Of a DNA stretch of 64,000 nucleotides, positions 50,801 through 64,000 are shown in pieces. Source of the stretch: Paragordius varius (lineage: Eukaryota; Animalia; Nematomorpha); assembly GCA_964247055.1 (NCBI GenBank), contig OZ176051.1, forward strand, positions 6,200,001 through 6,264,000, read 5' to 3'. Within the stretch, counting starts at the first letter, position 1, and the number at the start of each line of letters is the position of its first letter. The position numbers and the translations under genes were made by a program. The notes beneath the pieces are model-generated. The model was not told where the DNA came from, did no database searches, and saw only the letters and a list, made by a program, of their open reading frames with translations.

Positions 50801-53800
50801 TGATTGTTTTTGACCAACTATATGCATAAATTAAAATTTAATAATTATATTTGGCACTCATTGATGTAAATTAAAATTATCAAATGTTTCAATAAAATAT
50901 ACAATTACCAATTAAAGGAATATTATTGCTACGGGCCTGTCCTAAGGCATTGGATGCCATACATTCCCATCTGGCTTTGGCTAAGAAATTTATAAAATCT
51001 TCATTGGCTGTTTGATAATTAGTTATTGGTTGAATAATTATTTTTTGGGCGTGTACCATATGTGAATTGGATATGTGCGACTTCAAACTAATTTTTATTT
51101 GCTGGCCGTCTTTGGCGGTAACGACAAATTTATTCAAAAAATCACTTTGAGAATCGTTGTGAAATGTTCCATACGGAGGCATTTTTGGGGTAAATAGCAA
51201 TTTGCTAAATTAATCAATAGATATAAAATATACTTGGTTGGTTTTGTAAACTTTTTATGTTTTATACGCAAATTCATAAATTTTAATTTTGTAAATCAGA
51301 AATTTTGTAAATTTTTATATGTTCTAATGTATTCCCAATTTATAACCCAGTGTGAATGCGTGATGTAGTAGTTAGGGCAACCAACTCTTAGGCCAAGCGT
51401 GGAAAGCTAGAGTCAGCACCCTAGGCATTTTTTCCAGCCTCATTGTCAGTCTTGGACAGGCGATGTTAAAGCTCTTAAAAGTCATAGTATAATTTAAATA
51501 TTTACCGTTTAATAATAACACACAAAAAAGACCAAACTATATTATATAATTATGACATGGGAATGAAGGTAGCCTCATTAAATATTTAAACATATTTTGT
51601 TTGATAAAAACAACACTTTATGATACCATTATACAAGCCGTATAAATTAATTCGTAAATTTTAAAATTCTCTATGGGCTAAGTATGATTAGCAGAAAAAT
51701 ATTCAAAAATCGGCCACGTCAGTTTTGTTAGGGTTTATATTAATTTAATTGGGTCCGCGAAAATATCATATATAGCTTGTTTATGACTTTAAAAGTTTTG
51801 CAATTATTTAGTCAAACGTCAACATTTAATAGCACATAATTAAATACTTGTTGTATAACCATACTAAATTAGGGATGGGCCAACCCATTGTTTTGCATTC
51901 TAAATCGATTTGTTTAATCAAACCATCTGCAGATGTCAAAATATTTCCCACAGGATCTCCTATCATTTTTGGGTGATAGGTTTCAAAGTATCTATGTTCT
52001 GATAAAAATATGTAAATTGTAAGTTTCATTTATCGAAAATTGCGAATTATTATTAATACGTTACGCAAAATCCGGTCTTTAAATCCAACAATATTTTTTG
52101 GACTGTATGGTTGATCGTTCGCTATATCTAAGTGATCACTCAGTGTAAGGTCCAATTGATGACAATTAAGTAACTTATGGTTTTGAGTTAAGGTTGAAAT
52201 GGATATACCAGATAATTTTTTAGGTGAGCTGCAAACCGCTTCTACAAAAAAGTGTTCAATACCCCTCTCCATAATTTCCATAATTAACCATAAAAGTTTA
52301 CAATCGCACACAATTGGATTAGGACGAAGTTTTCTGTTTACATAAAATTATAGGTTGAATAAGCATAGTTTGAAAAATAGGTAAGCAAATGCTTAAAAAA
52401 TATTCTTATTATATTAAAAAACTTCGATTTCGGCCTTTAAATGACAAAATATAAAATTTAAAGTCGACTGGCTACAAAATATGGTTTGATAGACCAGACG
52501 ATCGGTTTATTAATATAAATTTATTGTGCTGAAAACTAAGTATTAAAGGTAATGAAATTAATATTCATTGAAATGAATTTAATCTTAAAAAATTTAAGTT
52601 TTCTTAGAAATAAAAAATGGAAAACAAGAATAAAAAGTAAAAAGCATAAATAATTAAAATTATACATCAAAAATAATTGATGATTGTGATCAAAGAGTCC
52701 ACGTGGTAATGTTTTAATGTGATTGTCATAAAGATATCTAAAATTAAGTTCATAATATACAGTTCTTTCAGCGATTTTAAGGGTTTAAACACATCCGGAT
52801 TTAGATATTTGATCTTGTTTTGATTCAGGAATCTGAATAAAATATAAAACATTAAATATTTACGTAAAATTTAAAAAATAAAAATATTATTAAATAAAGA
52901 GAAAACTATATTTTTTATCGTTAATTTTGGCTATATAACTTAAAATCTTATAACTGAGAAATGCAATAAATATTGAATTAATCTAACTAAATACAAAACG
53001 TAAAATTATAAGACTATAAATATTTTTTTAAAATTTTTTATCCATAATTTTTACTATGTAACCTAAAATAGCGAAAGATATTTTTTTGTTACCAATTTAC
53101 ATCTCTCTTCCAAAGTTAATCCAAAAACAATTAGTAATATTTAAAATCAATGTTAAAAAATATGGTTTGTAGTCTTTTAATGTTTTATCTTTAAAATTAC
53201 AATTTTAATTAGGAAATTTTTAAAACAAAACCTTTTTAAAAAGAAATTAATTAATTTTAAATATTCATGACTGTTAAATATTTTAATTTAAAAATCTAAT
53301 TCCCATAAAAATTACAAAAAGTTAGCATAAACGTTTTGTTTTAAACATTTTTTATCAAAGAAAATTTAAATTTTTTTTAATCAAATTATATATGTATTAA
53401 TGTATAAATACAGGTGGGTTAAATTTTGTAATCCATAGAAAGCATTTGCATCCACTGTCCTAATTCGATTAGCATGAAGATATCTAAGTGATATATAATA
53501 TTAATGAAAATTCAACAAAACTTTTGTTCGTTAGTTTTGAACTTAAATGGTAGAGTAAAAATTTAAATTATACAGATAAAACGTAAAAGATAACCATACT
53601 CTTTGAAAAACCTTGATTTATATGTTTTAAACCATAAAATATGATTGGTAACACACTAAATCATTAAAATTTAATATATAAGTGTTTGAAAAATCAAGGT
53701 AAAAAAATATGGTTGGCTTTTACAAACAAATGGCTTTAGTTTTAGGTTATATCTGTCAAATTGAATTTTTCATACAACTTTCTTTAGCATAATAGAGCGT

Positions 53801-56351
53801 TAGGTATGAAATGAACATAATATAACATGAAATCATGGAAAAAATTTCAAAAAGTTAAGTTAGGCCCCCCTTCCTCTAGTTAATAATTGTCAAACAAACA
53901 AAATTTTAAATGCACTTGCGAAAATCGAAATATTGTTGATGTTTAAAAAATTGAAAAAGATTGAACCAAACAATTTGTATTTTTGTCATGACAACCGAAA
54001 AAAATACAATTTAATACCTATTCTCATACCATTTCAAAGTTATAATAGCAAATATGATTGTATAAATCATATAAACAATTTTTTTGGAGACCATTAACAA
54101 ATTTCATAGACTTTAATTGTAGTTCAAACAAAATATAATAGATAGGGACTGATTTCGAAATTAAAAAAATCTGATCAAAAATAAAAATAATATCTAATTG
54201 AATTGTTAGCGTTTGAATGGTAAATGATGATTGATTTGCCCTTCTGTTGAAACTTTATACATAGTGAAATTGGAAAGGGGGTTATAAAAATACTTTTGTA
54301 TTTGTGTTTCTAAAACTTACAAATATTTGAGTTTATTCAAAGCGGCAAAGGTAAAATCTTGGATATGGGTTATATGATTATTGCTAAGTTTTCTAAAAAT
54401 GAATAATATAAAAAAATTAATTTTATTATGGATAAATGTACGATATAAAAACTTACAAAACGCGCAAATTCGTAGTTAATAACAGACTCAATGGATCTAC
54501 TACGGTTATCAGATTGTTTCTAAAATCTCTAAAATAAGATTAAAACAGAATTTATTTGTTAAAATAATTTAGGTTAAAATAAGTTAAAAATATAAATAAA
54601 TATCCAATAAAAATCTTGAGAAAAATATTTTAAACTAGACAACTGCTCTTTTTATAAATAATGGGATGGGTATTTTAATTTCAAATTGGATCATATCAAA
54701 TTAAATAAATTTCAAAAAATGACCACATTTTTTGGATTTTTTTAGTCAATCAAAGATATAGCATATAAATTTTAAACCCATAAAAACACCAAAAACCCAA
54801 AAAGCTTTTTCATAACGTATACTCTTCAAAGCGACCTTTCTTATGCGGTCTTTAGATCTCCCATATTTAAAAAAACTTTAATTAAAAATGTAAAATCATT
54901 TTAAATATTTTTTCGAAAAACATGTAGCCCATTCAAATTTAATATTGCTAATTCATTTTCCTAGGCTCCGTTTTATAGTAATAAGCGAAATTGCGTTTTT
55001 TGCAAAAACAAACCAAGTAAGTAATTTCATTTCTATATTACCCAATTATTAGCCTTTACTTTTTGCCCTTACACATATTTCCGCAAAAAATGGCCTCACA
55101 AAATTAAAATAAGCGGTTTATAAACCTTAAATTCAATAATTACTATATTTTTCATTTTTAATATTATGAATGAGCAGAACACATTGAATCTCACTTTTTT
55201 TCATTCGCTATTCCGCCCGACCTCCTTAAAATTGGGGTTTTAAAAATTAAGTCTATAAAAAATTGTTCAATCTTTATAGTAGGCCATAACTTTTAAGTCA
55301 AAATATTTATGTTATTAACACATTGCCACAAATGATACAAATAATTTTACTAATTTATTATGATCAAATTATAAATACTGCAACAATATTTTTAAATGAT
55401 AAAACATTTAGAAATGACCTAAATTTCAAATATATATATATTTATATATATAAATATATATATATATGACAAAATATTTGAAAAACAAATTAAGACATCA
55501 TATAAGAAAACTATCAAAATAATTAAGATGTCAAAAGGTGATAATAGGTAAAATATTTTCCAAATACGTAACAAAATTTACATTTTTAAAACATTTCGTA
55601 AATGTCAGAAAAAATACCAGCCGAATCAGGTTAAAGATTAATATATGCCTAAAAATATCCAAGATTTAATTTTTAATAACTGAGTGTTAATTCTAGTTTG
55701 ATTTACTTTTACGTTGGTTTGCAAGAATTTAAAATTTTGTTCAATACACCATCTAATGCACTATTTTTTATGAATTATAAAAATAATAACCCCAAATATT
55801 ATAAAACCCGCAAAGTTAATGTTTCATGTAAATGTCAGAAGGAACTATTCTATTTCAAATTCTAGGGTTATTGAAAATGTACGTTTCAAAATAATTCCAT
55901 ATTGAATCTTAACAAATTATGGTATTGAGCTTACCAAATCGTAACCCTTTGTGGAAAGTTAGGGGAAATTATCTATTAATATTTTAAGTAAAAATTACGC
56001 TTGCTTTATATCAACAAATTATTAAACTTTTGTCTGCAAATAAATATTATTAAAATCATACAATGCCATAGTCATTGGTCCTAAATCGAGGTAGGGAGGA
56101 ATAGAGGTGATATTAGCATGTGAACAATAGACCACTTCTCTTTTACATGTACACCGCTGAGGACAAAACTCACCACTGTAATGCAAAGGAATAATATTTT
56201 GATAATCTCGATTTATAATTTGCCCGAAACAAAAGTTTAAATGGCCAAGCTTCTGATTAGGGAATATTAAATGTACTAAAAATGGTATATAAAATATTTG
56301 AGATATTTTAACAAGGGTGATTAAAAAATTCATCATCGGGCGATGTATCAT
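42553..56351 (-). CDS. PXDN: Peroxidasin-like heme peroxidase (LRR + Ig + animal peroxidase domain), >20 exons
   Basis: LRRNT CPQRCTC (56.1 kb); 72-nt LRR exons (~54529, ~54383, ~53486, ~52838); LRRCT CDCKLLW; Ig exons (52.0-49.3 kb); [85 protein letters not shown]; stop at 42553. Confidence 0.92.
45483..45780. mobile_element. Foldback-type MITE (~300 bp) with three subterminal ~20-bp repeats per arm, in TA-rich flanks
   Basis: Left TACCATTTACAATTCATATTCACCC + 2x CAATTCAAATTCACCC; right 3x GGGTGAATT.. ending AAATGGTA. Confidence 0.7.
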
Positions 56352-56763
56352 GTCTTTATTAACTAACGTTATAATTCATAGGGTAAATATTATAACTAAA
56401 TTTAATTAAATTTGAATGATAGAATATTTAAGGAAATTTTTAAACGTTTTTGATAATAAAGAATATAAAGGAAAAAATAAAATAAATGATTATTATCATC
56501 ATTTGTTACATGTTTTGAAAAACAAAACGTTTTATTATTATAAAAAAAATAAGCTTACACATTCATGTTTTGCACGTAACCAGAAAGTAAAATCCAGTCG
56601 GTGATTAAATAATGATCTTCGCATGTGCTAGTAAATGGGTGAATTTTAGAGAGTACTTAAATTTGAATACCGTACTTTATTGTTAAATATTTTTGCCATA
56701 CCTTGTACCTATTTGGCCAAAAACTTTCTTTTTGTCTTTAATTATCGAATTGGTATCATGTTA

Positions 56764-57310
56764 ACACTTGGTACAACACATTCATTTTAGCATTTCGATT
56801 CAAATTGGGGTATTTAAGTACCGCAGGCCTGCGAAGAAATCGAAACCATGGCAAAATCCTGCACTTATATAACATTAATAAACCGAAATATATGAAAAAA
56901 TTTATACAAAAATACTTGATATTACTTATTTTAAGCTAAAACCGAAAGGTAAAAATTTAGTCAGCGTGATATGTATGGAATGGTAAAATTGAAAAATAAT
57001 ACAAAATAAACCGCTGGGGTTTTCAACACAGATGGATTCGCGGGCAGCATTTTACACTCAAAAAAACAGCCGGTCGCATTTTAAATAATATTATGGGCCT
57101 TCATATATAATTTATTAGAATTTAAATATAAGACTGTAAAATGCAAATAAATATAACAATTTTTTCTAGTTGTAAATCGAATAAACAAACTTAGAATAAT
57201 CGAAATGTTGATTCCTCTAAGATTTTATCAGCATATTTTTACAAATTATGGTGATCTAGATTTTTCGCGGAGAGCACATAAAGTCTGGAGGACCGCGTGC
57301 TGGATTAGAC
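56764..57310 (+). mobile_element. Left half of the piggyBac-like MITE (56764-57013) abutting a hAT-like MITE (57014-~57310)
   Basis: TTAA-CACTTGGTACAACAC...ACAAAATAAACCG then CTGGGGTTTTCAACACAGATGGATTCGCGGGC. Confidence 0.6.
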
Positions 57311-60300
57311 ATTGTTTAGAGTAAGAACCACTGGTTGCATGCGCATCAAAAGCAATTCTTGAGTTTATAAAGGCTCAAAAAATACTTAATTATCTAGCCA
57401 CACCTAATTAAAGTATTTTTTTATAGAACTCTACCAGAAGTGAAACAATACACCTCGAATATTCTCTAATAAATTTCTACAAAATTTTATGACGTTAAAA
57501 GGTTCACATTCATTTATATATTTAATAATTACTCGCATTCATATAAAATTGTCTCATTTCGCTATAAATTAATATTGGGTTGTCCAACAGGTGGTTCTGC
57601 CGGTACTTGTGGCTTTTTTAAAATTTTGATTGGCCCTTAAAAAAATTTAAGATTAAATTTTTGCAAAAATAATTTTTGAGTGGATGTAAAATTTTTTCTA
57701 AAGTATAAATTTTAAATTGATTTGCATAAAATTTTTAAATTGATTTGCATAATTTTTTTTATATTTATTATTATATTTCCTCACATTCAATTTATTTTCT
57801 TTATGAAAATCTTTAGAAAAATTGCCACTGGTAAAGTTTTTTGATAATTATTTAGTGAAAGAGCCATATTTCTTTCAGTGATATTTAAGGATAAAATTTC
57901 ACATTCTTACTTCATTTGTCACAATATCTCTATAATTACTCTGCAATAAAAAAATATTAATTTAATTTATTGAATAAAATTTTTAGTTAATATTTATTTA
58001 GAAATATCTTCAATTTCATTCCATTATTCTTCAATAAATTTTAAAATATTTTATGCTTTAATGCAGATGATTATATAAAAATATCTACTTTTCTAACCAC
58101 ATGTGTCATTACCGACCAGACGTCGGATTTTATTTTAATACAAAATTATAAAAGATTCCTCGGCAGCATACGAATATTTCTAATATATTGTTTAATATTT
58201 ATAATGATTGCATGCTAAGTTCAAATTTAAGTGGGGTAGGTTTAAAAGTTGCTTCTGTGAAAAAAAACATCAATTTCTCGAATAGAATGTGATATATTGT
58301 ATATTAGTCTTTCAATGGCTAACGCCAGATATCAGCGGCATCGCTTTGTATAAAATATTTTATTTGAACGTTATTTAATAATAATATAATATTTCGTCGT
58401 CAAATAAAGAGAGTAATTCTTATACATTCCATAACAGAGTATTATACATATAACAGTTGTTGATTGAGCTAAGATCGTGGTTATTCCATAGTTGTTTCAT
58501 CGGATGCCTATTTGCACAATTTGGCTGGTTGGAAATAAGTTTGGGCCTCGTCATATATTTTTTTAAATGGTTATTATCTATTCTTGTCAATATTCTTAGT
58601 AGGTAATGGTAAATAAATATTTTTGGCTTCTTTGTTAGCTTTTAAATTTATAAATATAAACAATCAACACTTAATATTCACCCTTAAACATTTCGAATTC
58701 ACATGAAATATTAATTGTTTTTGGATTACATACCTTTCCACCTGCTTAAAAATACCATAAAAATAGCTTCGCCAAAATTTTGCCATCAATTATATTTTAA
58801 AGCAAAATATTTATTTTTCGGAATAGTCTTTTTTTCGTTGTTAAAATATAGCATATATTTAAAATTTTTACTGCAAATCTAGGTATTTTTGCTTTTATTT
58901 TAAGAAAACTAGCCAATTATATAGGGGCGACTTACGGAGCCCTATTTAAAAATATAGAGATACTACTGAAATAAAGCATTTAGTCGCCAAAAAAGTTTTA
59001 TATAGCAAAATGTGCGCAAATCTTGCTATTTTTTGATATGGAGCAGTTACTGCAAACATTTAAATAGCTCTCTTGAATAACTTGTAAAGGCCAAAACCGA
59101 TACATTTTCGTATCAGTTATTTCCATACGTATTTTATACCTCATGATTTTAGACTCAGCTTAATTTAAATAGGTGAACAATCATCATATATGCATAATTT
59201 AAAAAAGTGTTTTGACTACAAATTTTGAATCATATTTCAGCACAACTTATATACTAAATTTAATCAATAATTTGATAAGATTTTTTAGCATCCTATTGTA
59301 AATAGAGTGTTTTTATACCGTTTCCATCTTGCTTTAAAATACCTTAAATCTCGCTTTATCAAAAATTTTCTATAAATTTTAATGAAGCGAGATACCTATT
59401 TTTTCAAAAAAAAAATTTTGCATCTTAATTTAGCATATTCTAAAAATTTTTGGTGCTTATCGGGTTCTACCTATTTTTGATGTGTCAGATCTGAAATTTA
59501 AAATTTTATAAAAATAGTTATGCTTTTTACATAATGATATATTTTGATATTATTTGGAATCATGTTTTATCAAAAATAACTTTGCAAATGCGCAAATTTT
59601 GCCATATTTTAATATGGTCCAATTATTTTAAATGTTTTAATAACTTTTATATCACTTATAAAGCTTAAAACCCAAACCATCGTTAGAGTTTTGATACATT
59701 TATGATCAAGCATATATTTCATTAGAGCATTTTTTTGCACACAAGGTTATGGTTTAATCCGAATAAACTATTTACCGATATTTCTGACCATTATTACTCA
59801 ATTTATAACTAAATATTAGCCGTATAATATAAAACAATTTATTAAAAATTTAAAATAAAAAGCGAATTCCAGATATATTTTGCCATTTTATTATAATCTA
59901 TTTATTAATGAATATATTCCTGGCAACTCAGTTCTGATAATCCTTTTCAAATTAACCCCTGAGTTTATCCGCTGAGGAAATTTGATGGGCAAAAATTAAA
60001 AAGTGTAAACATTTTCTTAAAATATTGTGATAAAATCAAAAGGACTATGAGAATTTTTATATCAACCAGAATATATATATTTTATTAGGATATTTTTGTA
60101 TATTCCGATTTTGTGATTATGTATTTGATAAACAGATTTAATAAATTAAGAGCTTTACACTGTAACATTTAAGTTGTTTTTAATATATATTGGTACGTTT
60201 ATCATATACATAGGCTTAATAAAATAATATTTTCATATAAAATTGTTTTAGCAAAAAAATTACAAATTTTAAATATTGTTATCATATTAATTTTCATTCG

Positions 60301-60352
60301 TACATTGAGCTTTATAAAACAACCAGCCGATAAGACTGGTGCCTAAATTCGT

Positions 60353-63772
<3,420 letters not shown>

Positions 63773-64000
63773 GTAATAATTTCTGTTTTTGCTTAATATG
63801 ATTTAATTTTAAATTCAACAATGTTTTGAAAAAAAATTTAGAATTTCGGTGGTTTTTTAATTCAATAACTCTAATACTATTTAATGTGTCCGGGGATTTT
63901 ACCACAATTTTAAATTTACAAATTTCATAAACAAAGTTATTTTATTTTTTTCTAAAATAACTAATTTTTTGATTAACACAAAAGGGAAAGTTTTAAACCA

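Overview
AT-rich metazoan (invertebrate) genomic DNA with spliced, intron-rich genes; nothing prokaryotic. Host genes: a ZDHHC17/HIP14-like ankyrin-DHHC palmitoyltransferase (-) head-to-head with NAA10/ARD1 (+), an unidentified gene with exons at 5.7-6.3 kb and 13.6-13.8 kb (+), a Dpr-like Ig-domain gene (+), an M1 aminopeptidase N (-), a peroxidasin (-) and the first three exons of a Misshapen/MAP4K4-family kinase (+). The main discovery is a ~5.9 kb chimeric insertion (6848-~12740) inside the 7.3 kb intron of the unidentified gene. In order it contains a Ty3/Gypsy LTR with a tRNA-His PBS, decayed RT-RNaseH, a second R-U5/PBS copy, an unidentified intronless ORF segment, an intronless laminin-beta fragment, and scrambled pieces of what I recognise as an orthomyxovirus (quaranjavirus-like) nucleoprotein gene. 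The viral pieces form two overlapping long inverted repeats, so the host pre-mRNA could fold into virus-specific dsRNA. The best explanation is template switching in a retrotransposon particle followed by local duplication/inversion. Other notable points: 24- and 28-nt spliceosomal introns, start codons only 73 bp apart, a self-nested piggyBac-like MITE, and a probable GC-AG intron. All family assignments come from motif recognition by eye; no searches were run, and exon borders and identities are manual estimates.
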